DNA of 64,000 nt, taken from Mizuhopecten yessoensis (lineage: Eukaryota). The stretch is from the NCBI RefSeq assembly GCF_002113885.1, contig NW_018407435.1, forward strand, positions 2,147,402-2,211,401, read 5' to 3'. The notes beneath the pieces are model-generated. The model was not told where the DNA came from. It saw only the letters and a list, made by a program, of their open reading frames with translations, and did no database searches. The translations under genes were made by a program, and so were the position numbers. Shown piece after piece: positions 1 through 13,129 of the stretch. Each line of letters starts with the position of its first letter. Positions within the stretch are counted from its first letter, which is position 1.

Positions 1-128
1 AAACCAGAAGTAACTAATTATATAACTTATCAACTAGGGAAATAATACAAATGTACATAGAATTAGATTCAAAACCAGAAGTAACTAATTCTATAAAAAA
101 TAATTATGGCGGTGATCCCCTTCCATAG

Positions 129-502
129 ATGCATCTATGGAGCCTGATGTGCCTGACGACGCACCGGATATGGACGCGTCGTTCAACATATCCCACCGTC
201 GGGAGGATGATTCTGTAGCTCCGGCAGACATGTGAGTTTAAATCATAAAAAAGGAATACATTGAAATACACGAGTACAAAAACTGATCTAACTCGATCAA
301 ATTGTTTTTGTATAGCTTTTCGGTATCAGTTTTATATGTACATATATATATATATATATATAATATACTTGTTTTTATTTACAGTTCCCTGGATGAATGT
401 GACCTCGACGAGTCCTTTCAGGAGGCAACGCCACTTGTTTTCACCGTCGTTGTACACGTGAATGTTGGACGGGCAGAGGAGGATGAGTCTAGAGACGAGT
501 GA
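129..502 (+). CDS. Last two exons (129-231, 385-502) of a spliced gene encoding an acidic, unrecognised protein; 5' part lies outside the window
   Basis: ccatag| acceptor at 128, |gtgagt donor at 232, tttacag| acceptor at 384; phase-2 junction gives ...ASMEPDVPDDAPDMDASFNISHRREDDSVAPADISLDECDLDESFQEATPLVFTVVVHVNVGRAEEDESRDE*. Confidence 0.55.
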
Positions 503-1322
503 GATGGGGGGGGGGGGGTTCGTGTTCTGTGAGACCAATTCGAACAATGTGTTTTTGTTGTTGTATGTGCATTTAATGGTGGTTCGTAAGTAGTGTATTA
601 GTGCTTTGTGTTAAGTAAGTCAGTACGTAATACTGTGATGCAATTAGTTATTTTAGTGCTTTAATTATTTGTCAGTGAGGGAGTAAGCGGTACTAGAGTT
701 GTGTACGTATTGTGCAAGTAGTGCTAAAAGTTTGTTAGGGTAAGTGTTTTTGTATAAGTGTGTAATAATTGTATTACCTAGTGTTGTGTCTTAAATGAAT
801 ATGTGTTGCTTATATAAAAAGGGGAATGGATAAAGGAATCCAAACGAAAACAAATTAATAATCTTCCTCTTAAAAAGAAACAAAAACAAATACAAAAAAA
901 ATACAAACAAACATAAAAAAAAAATAAAAAAAAATATGGTTGGCAAAGGGTGATCTTGCATCATCAAATCCCAGTCACACCTCCTCGTGATGCCAGCTGG
1001 AAACACTTTATTGCAAATATGTTTGATATAAAGTGGCAGACGTGACAGGGTGCTTTTTAATTGTTTATATCATGTTAGAAGTTGTATAAGTATCACTATT
1101 TTACATGTTTAATGTTAAAACATGTACAGGTGCATTTTATAAAGAACAACATTACTTAATTAAGGCAACGAAATCAGAATGATAATATGCAGTATATTCC
1201 GGATATTAGTATGTCCGTTGCCGGCTTCGGTGATGAGTATACAGCTTCGTTCTTCTTCTTCCGGCATGTAATTATATCTTGATTCAAGAGAAATATAAGT
1301 TTTCAGATCACACGAGCTTTTG

Positions 1323-2033
1323 TCCTGACAAAGCGTTTTTATTTTTCGGGTCGATCAAAAATCCAATATGGCCAACACGGCCGCCATTTTGAAAAACTAT
1401 TTCAAACTTAAAGTCAAATTCTGCTGGGCCGATTGAACTGAAACTTAGTAGGAATGATCGACTCATGGTCCTGACAAAGTGTTTTTATTTTGCGGGTCAA
1501 TCAGAAATCCAATATGGCCGCCATGGCTGCCATTTTGAAAAACTATTTCAAACTTAAAGTCAAGTTCTGCTGGGCCGATTGAACTGAAACTTTGTAGGAA
1601 TGATCGACTCATGGTCCTGACAAAGTGTTGTTATTTTTCGGGTCGGTCAGAAATCCAATATGGCCGACATGACCGCCATTTTGAAAAACTATTTCAAACT
1701 TAAAGTCAAGTTCTGCTGGGCCGATTGAACTGAAACTTTGAAGGAATGATCGACTCATGGTCTTGACAAAGTGTTGTTATTTTTCGGGTCGATCAGAAAT
1801 ACAATATGGCTGCCATGGCCGCTTTTTTGAAAATAACTATTTCAAACTTAAAAACAAGTTCTAATAGGCCGATTTAACTGAAACTCGGTCTAGGAATGAT
1901 CGACTCATGGTCCTGACAAACTTAAGTTAACGTTATACTTAACTATTCTTTTACTCAAATTGGTACATATTTCAACAACAAAAATAAATACTGTAGGACT
2001 CAGGTAACCGTTAAGGCCCATGGGCCTCTTGTC
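1323..2033 (+). mobile_element. Non-autonomous Helentron/Helitron-type element with an internal ~146-bp tandem array (about 4 units)
   Basis: Unit starts (tcctgacaaag-like) at 1323, 1469, 1615, 1761, 1911; 3' end caggtaaccgttaaggcccatgggcctcttgt with a ggcccatgggcc palindrome, the usual terminus of bivalve satellite-bearing Helentron derivatives; 5' end not resolved. Confidence 0.7.
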
Positions 2034-2076
2034 TAACTTTTAACATGATTTTTATGACTTAAAGAAAAATATATTT

Positions 2077-2163
2077 TTTAGGGCGAAAAACCTACGGCGA
2101 ACGGGATTTGGGGCGAAACAATAGTTAGGGCGAACGGGATTTAGGGCGAAACAACCCGTTACC
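2077..2163. repeat. Cluster of ggcgaa(a/c) subterminal motifs, probably a DNA-transposon end
   Basis: Five ggcgaa motifs, with ggcgaacgggattt(a/g)gggcgaaacaa occurring twice, ending in cccgttacc. Confidence 0.45.
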
Positions 2164-4452
2164 GTTCTCGTCGACGCTTTGTTTCTGGCTTGTTTACTCG
2201 GTGTGTTCGGAGTTGAGTTCGGGGTCACGGGGTTCGCGTACAATTGCCAGTCAATAGATAATTTGTCTCTGACCAGAACTGTTTTTTTCCCTCCTTTTTT
2301 TGCACGTTTTTGTATCGGATAGAGATATTCAATATACATTACAAATTCGATGCAAAAGTGGTGGCGGGAATGAACCATTATGAAATCTGCGGACGCCATT
2401 TTAAGACGATCCACGCTTACACATTTGCTAAAACAACACGCCACCTGCATGGTGAAAAGCGACCGGTGTATAGACTTCAACCATGTAATGGTTAATTCCC
2501 ACCTTTATTTACAAGATTTAACTGGAATTCTACAGTCAGACGAGGACGATTTCGACGAGACAGTCACACTTCTACCCTTATGTGATACATTTCATTCATG
2601 AAACGTAAACCTTGTAATGCAATGAACTTACCATCACCCAAAACCGATATTAAGACTGCACAAAAAAATAATAACTAAATACATAAAATAAATAAATTTA
2701 TAAAATTACTTGAATTCGTTCAAGTTGACAAATTAAAAAAATCAATGAAAAATATGAATTTTTTAAAAATCTGTCTTGATAATTAATTTGACGGTCAAAG
2801 ATTATTTTTTCATACCAAACGAAACTTTTGTTCGTGCAGGCCACTTTCCAGAATTTGATTTTAGTGTATTCGAGTTATCTTTCTTTGAACACTAAATCAA
2901 AATAGACACACGTAAAGATATGACGGCTACTTCCGACGGGAGAAATTTGTTAAAAAAAAAAATTGTTCTTATTTTTTTAATAACAGTTTGTTGTTGCCAG
3001 TTTTTCATTTTCATTAGTAGATTGTGTACATGTCTATGACAGTCATCCGTAATTTCAACAGTTTTCTACCGATATGAGTATGAAATCGCGGCTGCTTCGT
3101 AAGTTCGTGGAAACCGCCGATAACACGAAGATATTTGATGAACCAATCAGCATCGAGAATTATTTTTATCGGGAATACGTTGGTCAGCTAAACTTACTGA
3201 AGTAACCGCATTCTTATTAAATGAGCATGGATTCTGTTCTTCTTTCGACCCGGGCAGGCGCTTAACACTTTTGGCCGGTTGGAATTTTTCTGACGACTTC
3301 TTCTGATACAAACAAGTTGCCCGTGCTGTACCGGAAGTGACAATTATTACTCATACAAGTAGATATTAATGCAATTTTTATTGTTTATTTTGTCGCTGTT
3401 GTTGAAGTACAAGCATATATGCGATTACAGAACTTTATGTAGTGTTCATTATTCTTACCCTGGCGGAATACAGTCAGAACGTGCACCGACCTGCCGTAAT
3501 TTTCTGACTGTGCAAGCACACCCGTTTATTTTTCAAATATTTTACGCAAAGAATCATACGCCATTGACAAGCACTACTAAAGCAGGGAAATATTTATTTC
3601 ATGTCTTGTTTGTGAGAGGTTGGAGTAAAAATACAATTTCCCTTGTCAGAGCCAGCGACACATGGTTGCATTCCCATTATGCAAGTACACTCAAAAGTTT
3701 ACCAAAATCCATCAATAGTAACGGATGTTGTATCGTTCTGGATGTGTCGACCCGTCAAACAATTAACCTGATTAAATATGCGCGAATGCTCCCATCTTTG
3801 AACTTTATTTTCCTGAGTATTGTCTTTCTCGAGGAAATTATTGTCCGAATAGAAATGCATGACAGATTCACTGATACAAGGACCGCCACCTAGATATATA
3901 GGGTTAGGCTAGGTTGAAACAAGAGCCCATCCCAGATGTTTGGTATGGATAAAAGCACGGAATCCTCTTATGATAAACAGTGACCACAGACCGTTGAAGG
4001 CCCCAAGTCTCTGTTCAATACATTTTGCATGACAGTTATCCCTATATACCATCAGGTAAGAACTCTACCCTTCACTGCCCAAAGAAACTGATTTTGTAAC
4101 CACAAACACTTTTTCTTCAGAACATCATTTGTTATCAGATACATCCAATTTTAGTTTTGAATTTTTGTTAAATTATCATGAAGCCAATCAGGCATTAATC
4201 AACAGAACTCTAAAACATACACCAGCTATTTAATAACATACACTGCTGACACAAATGAACGTCATTGCAATTATTATGTTTTTGTATGTTTCCTTGCGCT
4301 TTTTGTTAATTCATTGATTGTCACCAATGTATGCCATCATTAGCTGAGGTCAAGTATAGTTCTTGGTTAATGAGAAAATGAGCATACCTAGTCCTTAATA
4401 TGCATCTCCTCTTCGTCCGTACCGTCTACATACGGATACACATAGTGTATAT

Positions 4453-5096
4453 CTACGTTTGTGACACGCCCCTACCCCTCTCCAGGACGATGTCGAATCT
4501 GACCACTTGGATACAATTTGACTGATCATGAGGTTCACAGAGCTGTTCCACCTCGGCGATCAAATCCTGTCTGTCTGAGCTACACACATCACATGGGTCG
4601 TTGGTTCCTAGGTTCGAATCTCCGGCGAAATACAGCTGCGTTAGGAGAGTCTTATGGCGCCGTTTCCCATATACCTTGAAATGGATGTGAGCAGGCCGAT
4701 GTGCATCGTCATAGCTGAATATGTGATACTTGCCCGGGTACAGGGTGGAAAATTCGTAGTACCCCCGGGAGTCTGTCCTCAGGTAGCCACGACACTTGGC
4801 CCGAGGGAGTAGTTACCCGAGAGGTCAGCCTGCCAGACGTCCAGCCGTGTGTTGGCCATAGGGGTAGAACAGTCTTCCTTATACACATAGCCGTTGACAA
4901 ATAGTCGTTCATGCCGATGACTTTCGGGGTCTCCCGTGCAGTACTGTAAAAGTCGAGGGGGGTTGGGGACATAGTATGGACCAAGAATGTCGTGACTTGT
5001 CGGACGACATCCCCCTGACCTCACACCTTCGTCATTTCCGTCCCCAGGATGAATTCCGTACAACAAAATCAACAAATAAACGAAACGGGCAGCCAT
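4453..5096 (-). pseudogene. Secreted intradiol ring-cleavage dioxygenase (catechol/protocatechuate dioxygenase family), single exon, 1-nt frameshift near 4798-4812 (pseudogene or sequencing error)
   Basis: Frame 1: hydrophobic N-terminus MAARFVYLLILLYGIH, GPYY, LDVWQADLSGNY. Frame 2 from 4797: KCRGYLRTDSRGYYEFSTLYPGKY...RPAHIHFKV...LLTQLYF...FDIVLERGRGVSQT* (stop 4453-4455). Span is 644 nt, one short of a 214-aa ORF plus stop. Confidence 0.9.
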
Positions 5097-7499
5097 CTTA
5101 TCCGTCCTCAGTCATGTACAAAGTTCTTCCAATGCCCAAGCACTCTACCCTCTTAGGGGCTACTATATGGTGGCACAGTTCTGCCATCGACTAGCGACTA
5201 TGCAATATTGAACAAGGTTAGTTAACCAGTCGTTTTCCCCAAGACAATGTCAAGGGATCACGATTGTATTGACAGCATGACTAGATTTATAAGCTTCACG
5301 TCTATGTCACACCCGACAAGAAGCCGAGCTACCTACTAAGTAGCTGCGGTAACGTAGCTTTCTGACGACGGGAGATTTTTTTTTATGTGTTGCGTCGTCA
5401 GAAATACCCGGCCGGAGCAGATCGTGGAAGCCGGGTATTAATCTTAGTACTACCTACTAAGGATTTTTGAAAATTGATTTTCCTGTCGACATGCATTATG
5501 TAAATTTTAAGATAGGTCAATATAATCTAAGAATATGTCGACATCTTCTCAAGTTACTTTGACATATCTTAAAAAAATATTATGTCGACAAAAACTTACG
5601 TCGTAAGTCGATGGCAGAAACATTCTACCATAGAGCAGGGATGTGTAGTTGGACTACACATCCCTGCATAGAGTCACATGTGGCATTGGTTATAACAAAT
5701 AAACCGAATGTGACCGTTATCGTTATCGTATACAGAGGAATTTCCCCCTACCAGTTACAGTGCGAGACTGATGCTGACACACTTGAAGAGTTTTACTGTA
5801 ATAGTGGTGAAGCTAACACAGCTGCTGTGGTTTTATAGCTTTTCCATGTACATGTAATTACACCACCTGTTGTTCTAGTTTCAGTTATTAATGCATTGTC
5901 AGCTTAAATTTTTCTAAACACATAAACATACATTTGTAGTGGATTTTATCATTTGAAAATGTAAAGTAAAATAAAGATTATGCTGTTTTCATTTTTAATT
6001 CTGAAATTAGCTAATTTTGCTATGAAATTTTTATCATTGCTGATTTGTAATTCTTAAATTAGCTCATTTTGCTATTTTTAATGTAATATATTCTGAGGAT
6101 GTTATTTATGAGGTTTACCTGAATATGAAAATAAAATATCTTGCACATAATCGATATAATGTAAGATATCTTATAATGTAAGAGATATATATAGGTAAAT
6201 GAAACACAGAAACGGCAATTTTTGCTAAGGTATGCAACCAATACAAATATGTAATAAACTACCTTTGAATGTATATAATGTAAATTACAATTATGAAAAA
6301 TGAATTAAGTAAGTATTCTGGTAATGTTTTTTGTTGATAGATGTTAAATACAACATCAAACGGAAACTAAGACCACCAAGAGAATATCATTTCCTGGCGC
6401 AGTGTCGATTTCCCGTGAATATATACACTAGTTTCTGTATTGTTTTGTACCAAGGTCTAGGATGATACGTCAATCATCGCATGCCTTTCAATTGTTCCTA
6501 ATCCTACCACGGCTGTCCCATGTTATCCATTTTACGACAGGAGTGCTAGATACACATTATAAACCTTCTGTTACTTTGACTCGTAAACACTTGTTTATTT
6601 CAGACATTCATCCGTGATGATAAGTTGTCAGCATCACGGACACCCCTGCACAGATCTGATAAAGGTTACATAAAATCATCAGATGTAAATAATTTTCAGA
6701 GATTAACATTTCATTTTAATTATTTCCTTTAATGTGGTCAAAACATGAAATATATTGCAACTCTTAATCTATCCAGAAGACTCACAACAGTAACATTGGA
6801 GGGAAATGTTTGTGTATGATGTGGAATCAACGTAACTTAATTCGGTCATCAAAACTTTCCTTCAAACCATGCATAACATTTTGGGTACCAGAAATACGTC
6901 TGCGAAAAAGTTATTTATGCTTGTCTTGTCGAATATCGGAAAGGTTCGGAGCCAGACCCCTCATCCATTAAATAATATCCATGAAATAGAAATGGAGAAC
7001 CTTTTTAACAAAAAAAATGTTTGCAGACGTAGAAAGCAAACGGAATAAAATAATGTGTAATGCGTCATATTGTTATACGTCCATCACGGACCATTCCATG
7101 ACACTTAAGGTGAAACAAATCATGTCCTAAGGGTTTCAAAACATAAACGTAAAATACTTCAAAACTGGAAAGTTTGCTTATAAAACCCTGCACGAAATTT
7201 CAATGTTTGGATGAAGAAGATAATTTACACTAAAATTATAACCGAGTATGTCATGTAGATAATGGCCGAAGATAACGCTGTGAATGATGTAATAGATAGG
7301 AAAATATCTAAGTTCGTTGATCCCCTCTGCCTAATGTGATGTAAATATGAGTGTTGAGGAGAATTGGTCTGATTCTCTGCTCAATACAGATCGGCGCCTT
7401 CCTGCATTCATAAGAATGGGGAAACAGAAAGGAAGAAAAGTTTCAGACGAAAATATAATTGTGACTTCTGAGATTATATTTTGTTTATTTGTCTACTCT

Positions 7500-8660
7500 A
7501 TCTATTGTTCAGTTTATTTTCGTTTAACTGTAATAATCTAAAGGATGAATGTAAAGAACTGAAAATCTGCAGATGCATATCCAGATATTATACTAGAGTT
7601 ATTGCAAAAAAAAGAGGTTTTGGTGTGATACTGGATAACACAAGTGAGGAGTAAATGGAATGATAAAATAAAATATTCCGACAGTGATAATGGTCGGCAT
7701 TGAGTTGATGTTTAGTTAAAGAATCATATACAAAATGTATTTTCGAAAGCAATGAAGTTATTGATGACAATTTACTAAGGGAAGCAATGGAAATTGATGA
7801 TAAAATTACTAATATTCTCAACATGTATGCACCTAATACTAATCTATATCAGGTTATGGGAATATTATCGCAATTGGTTATTCAAAATAACCTGAGGTCA
7901 ACTAGACAGATATGACTGCATAAAGCATACTAAGAGTAGCTGTGTGTTAAAGTCCTATGGATGAAACAGAAATCGTGAATGTATTTCGAGGAACCAGATT
8001 AGTGATGAGATAATTTTTTCACAGTGTAAAATTGACCATTTTGCTATTGAGAGATATTTATTAGGCATTGTAAGTAATATTTGTTACAATTAGTCACTAT
8101 AAGACTTTAATTAAATGAGGTATAGAGAGTTTTAGACCTATGGATTTTGAATGATCAATTTATATATTAAAATGATTACACTGTAAATATAAAGGATTTG
8201 CTGATTAATTTTATATTTCAAATTTTAAGAAATTTAAAGAAAAGTATAAATATAAAAACAAAAAATCCCGACTTTTAAGGACAAGACACAGACTTTTGTA
8301 TATACGACTATGATGCTATCAAATAGGCTAGAACATGGTACATGTATATTTGATATTGCCTCCTCTCATCGAAGCTATTGAATTATAGGGAGATATATGT
8401 GCCAATGATGTGATAAATGTTCTGAAAATGGGATAACTAGAGGGTCATATAGTTAACATTGATCGACAGGCAGCTTTTCATGGAATTATTCATGTCTATC
8501 TCATTTTCCTAAAATAGCTTTTTGGAATACTTAATTTGATTATATTGTATAAAGGCATTTATGGCAATGTTAGTGTAATGTTGTTGTTTTTTAACTCAAT
8601 ATTTTATCATTTTGAATTCAATAATGCAGGGGATGCCATATCTCCGCGAAGTAATTCTTT
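7500..8660 (+). mobile_element. Highly degenerate L1/Tx1-like LINE ORF2 remnant
   Basis: EIDDKITNILNMYAPN (endonuclease NIYAPN motif, ~7790-7840), LSNRL, a D..AF-like motif (~8460) and a QGCPIS-like motif (~8630), with many disruptions; boundaries approximate. Confidence 0.55.
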
Positions 8661-8751
8661 CAACAGTGGGACATTGCACAGACAATTGACCGAATATCTA
8701 TAAAGCTCAACAGCCTCCCAAAATATGGTATAGTCACGCTAGATTTAATCC

Positions 8752-9750
8752 CCTAGATTGATACAAGAACTTTAGATGGTGTGTCATTGTATAATATTCT
8801 GTGATACCATACATGCTCTATACATGTTATAAAGAACTTTTTGATGATGTGTTATTCTATAATATTCTGTGATACCATACATGTGCTATACTTGTTATTA
8901 ACACTAACTGACCTAGATTGATACAAGAACTTTAGATGATGTGTCATTGTATAATATTCTGTGATACCATACATGTGCTATACTTGTTATTAACACTAAC
9001 TGACCTAGATTGATACAAGAACTTTTGATGATGTGTTATTCTATAATATTCTGTGATACCATACATGTGCTAAACTTGTTATTAACACTAATTGACCTAG
9101 ATTGATACAAAAACTTTAGATGATGTGTCATTGTATAATATTTTGTGATACCATACATGCGTGTTACATGCATGTTATACACACTAACTGACCTAGATTG
9201 ATACAAGAGCTTTTGATGATGTGTTATTTTATAATATTCTGTGATACCATACATGCGCTATACATGCATGTTATAAACACTAACTGAACTAGATTGATAC
9301 AAGAACTTTTGATGATGTGTTATTTTACAACATTCTGTGATACCATACATGCGCTATTAATGTTATAAACACTAACTGACCAAGATTGATACAAGAGCTT
9401 TTGATGATGTGCCATTTTTATAATATTCTGTGATACCATACATGCGCTTTATCTGTTATAAACACTAAGTGACCTAGATTGATACAAGAGCTTTTGATGA
9501 TGTGCCATTTTTATAATATTCTGTGATACCATACATGCGCTATACATGTTATAAACACTAATTGACCTAGATTGATACAAGAACTTTTTGATGATGTGTT
9601 ATTCTATAACATTCTGTGATACCATACATGCGCTATACATGTTATAAACACTAATTGACCTAGATTGATACAAGAACTTTTTGATGATGTGTCATTTTTT
9701 AACATTCTGTGATACCATGCATGCGCTATACATGTTATAAACACTAACTG
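8752..9750. repeat. ~92-bp tandem repeat, about 10-11 copies
   Basis: acactaactgacctagattgatacaagaactt...tctgtgataccatacatg unit; unit starts at 8901 and 8993. Confidence 0.95.
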
Positions 9751-10648
9751 GAAAGTGATACAGCGTTTATAGCACGTACCAACATTAAATAGCACAAAGG
9801 GGACCTTTGTAAGGCTTAATCATCAATTACGGTCACAATGGTACCAGTAAAACTAGTTACTCAGACATTTCACTATGATCCTTTATGTATCCTCATAGCC
9901 ACACTTATTAAGCTCTGCATGACTTAGGTATATTGATGTAAATTAGATAATATGTCTGTCATTTTGTAGCATTCAGTTTGAACGCAAAAGAGATTGACAT
10001 GTTATAAGTTGGGTGAACTATTTTTATGAAGACATGTGAATTAATTTCTCTTTATTGACAAAGTTATAACTTATGTACAAGTTCCTTTTATTCAAATAAC
10101 ATCTGAATTCCGTATTTTAATAGGGTTTTGTTTTAATACGACTTATCAGGGAGTTTGGATTTAGGCTGACAATAGCGTCTTTTAGGGGGCTTGTTGAACC
10201 CTAGAAACAATCACATAAGGAAGCGGGGTAATTTAGTACGCTGTTGATACAACTTTATTTCATAAAGGCCATAACAGTAGTATTAACTGTCAGAAACCTA
10301 GGCCAATAGTGTAAAAAGCTGCGGTAATGTAAAATGATACACGTATACTGACAGGACTCGTAAATATCAAACTGAAAATTAAGGAAACAATACTCGTATT
10401 TGGTGTGTATTTTGGGTTGAAAAATAAGATGTGTGAATCTCTCAATCGTGCTGCTGTTTATGTTAGGACTGGTTTTACCTCATATTGTGATGCGTTTCAT
10501 ATGTAATAATGCAATTATTGTAAGGACCTATTAGAGTACTAAATCTGATGAACTTATGTACTAAAACAATATAGTAATTTTAATTTAAGACAAAAAAAAA
10601 CAAGTTTTACAGGTAATGTAAACATCCATTGTTATCCAGTCCTTCTCT

Positions 10649-11845
10649 TATTAGCCCCCTACCGGTGAAACCGGGGGGACTATAGTTTTCCCCTCCGTCC
10701 GTCTGTGTACGTACGTATGTACGTACGTAACACCAATGTTTGTCAGCGATCTAGTGGCTTCATTCCTTGAGGGATTTGGATTAAACTTCATACAATTAGA
10801 AAGGACCGTAATATCTCGGACAAGTTCGAGTTTTAGGGTTGTCGGGTCAATGTCAAGGTCACTGTTACTATTTTTAGAAAATCATTCTCAGTGCTCTAGC
10901 GACCTTATTCCTTGAGGGATTTTATTTATCAAACTTCACACAATTACAAAGGACCCTAATATTTCGGACACGTTCGAGTTTCAGGGTTGTCGGGTCAAGG
11001 TAAATGTCACCGTTTTTTTTTTTTTAGAAAATGCTTGTCAGCGCTGTTGCGGCTTCATTCCTTGAGGGATTTTCATCAAACTTCATACAATTAGAAAGGA
11101 CTATAATATCTCGGACAATTTCGAGATTCAGAGTTGTTGAGTTAAGGTCAAGGTCACCGTTACTATTTTTAGAAAATCCTGTCAGCGCTCTAGCGGCTTC
11201 ATTCCTTGAGGGATTTTGATCAAACTTAACACAGTTATAAAGGACAATAATATCTCGGACAAGTTCGAGTTTCAGGGTTGTCGGCTCAAGGTCAAGGTCA
11301 CCGTTACTTTTTTTTTTTTTTAGAAAATCCATTGTCAGCGCTCTAGTCTCTTCATTCCTTAAGGGATTTTGATCGAACTTCACTCAATTACAAAGGACCA
11401 TAATATCTCGAACAAGTTTGAGTTTCAGGGTTGTAGAGTTGAGGTGAAGGCCACCGTTACTATTAATACAAAATCTCGGACAAGTTGAAGCCAGTGATGG
11501 ACTGATGATCGATATATAATAATGATTTGTCCTTTTCGATTCCGATTATCGATAACAAATTCCATAATCGATATAATTGGTTCATTACTGAACTTAAAGT
11601 GTCAAATGTGTATTTAATATACAGTTTGAATGGAAATTCATTTATTCTGATTTTTTTACCAATATCATTGATGGTAATGTAGAATAGAAAAATTAAATTA
11701 ATATCAGTTACAAGCTAATTGTATACTTTTCATTTCCCCAAATTAACACCAATGGGCACCATTTTTATAAATCATTACTGTGTAATAGCTAGCGGGGGCC
11801 GGTAAGGGACATGTATTGCTTTAGCAATACTCAGTATGCTTGTTT
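10649..11845 (+). mobile_element. Non-autonomous Helentron-type element (HINE/pearl-like) with a ~150-bp internal satellite
   Basis: 5' ttagccccctaccgg sub-TIR followed by ccgtccgtctgt/gtac microsatellite; 4-5 units over 10740-11490; 3' ccggtaaggg sub-TIR, gtattgctttagcaatac hairpin and cttgttt end in a T-rich site. Confidence 0.85.
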
Positions 11846-12042
11846 TTGAAACTAATATACTAGTAGTTAGGGAGATTTACGCTCCTCCACTTCTGTTTCT
11901 ACAGTAATTGATTTTCAACATTTTGGACCCCATCATCACCAACCAGAGAGTCCTAGACGGATAACACAGCTGTATTATGCAATGTAATTCATTTTTTGCA
12001 TACTGTGTACATTACCAAATTTTACAATAACAATCACATGTA

Positions 12043-12398
12043 GGAGGCACGGTAGTCTAGTGGTAGGACGACGGGCTCGTGACCGAAGGGTTGCGGGTTC
12101 GAGCCACGGCACGGCACTGTGTTGTATCTTTGAGCAAGATACTTTACTTCGCTTGTTCCAGTCTACTCAGCTGTACATTAGTACGTGGTTGGGTAGTGCT
12201 AGAATTGTTGAATGCCAGCTGTGAGCGCCGAAATGGCAGCTCCGGCTGTATGCTCTCCAGGGAGTTGAGAAAGATATTGGCTGGTTGCAATGGCCCTTTA
12301 ACCACGGATAATACTTTGGGAACCGTTTTGAGACGACCTACGAACTAGGTTGGGATAAAGCGGTATATAAGAACCTCGAATCATTTATAATTATTTAT
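12043..12398 (+). mobile_element. tRNA-derived CORE-type SINE
   Basis: tRNA-like head with A box (ggtagtctagtgg) and B box (ggttcgagcc); CORE-like tgtgttgtatctttgagcaagatactttac; LINE-like tail aagcggtatataagaac...tttataattattt. Confidence 0.8.
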
Positions 12399-13129
12399 CA
12401 TGACGTATGTTACATTAATTATCCACATGCCATGTAAATGATGAACATGTACGATACACTGAAAAGTCCCGCCTTATTTCTCCGGTTCTAGGATCTTATT
12501 ACTGTCCCTGTCATGTAAACGACTATTTCTCAAGCGTTCAACTTTTTTAGTCGAACACATGGTAACTTTAAATGCCAAAACATTCAATATCATTTAATGC
12601 TATTTGTTTTCTTCTTGTTCAGGATAAAATTTTATTTAGTGTATGGTACATTTACAGATTTTCTGTAATTGTAGCATACGGACCTTTTTAAATCTATCTG
12701 ATGCTGACCTGATCTATCAGATGAGGACCACATTCGGCGCGTATGAAGTTTACAAATCACACCTGTCCGGAGAATGTTCTAAAAAGATTTTTCCAGAAGA
12801 TTTGACAGTCATCAACATGATTTGTATGATTTCAATGTCCAAAATGTTTAAAGACTTGCATCGTTTATATGTTGTCATGGAGATATATGGCGGTGCAGGA
12901 AACGCCTATTTGTCAGAGGCATCCGGTTTCGCCTTAACGTTGTTAGTTTTATATTGGGGAGGCGTCATTGTCCGAGTCCGTCTTGTTTTGTGAGTCAGTT
13001 TTCTTGCTGATTTATTTATAGCTTTTGAGTCATGTTTTCAGATTATGTGAGCTATTGTTTAAATTGACTTCTATCTTATTTGTAAATTCCTTTCCAAATT
13101 TAATCTTTTTTGATTTGTTAGTTCTGTCA

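Noticed and set aside
3369-3893. 174-aa ORF
   Set aside because: No recognisable motifs, composition like surrounding non-coding DNA, no splice support
11024-11383. 119-aa repetitive ORF
   Set aside because: Translation of the internal satellite of the Helentron-type element
12043-12115. Functional tRNA gene
   Set aside because: No proper acceptor stem, and the sequence continues into a SINE body and tail
12640-12990. Possible 3' end of a Penelope-like element (ggtgcaggaaacgcctatttgtcagaggcatccggtttc)
   Set aside because: The resemblance rests on one short degenerate motif; not enough to call
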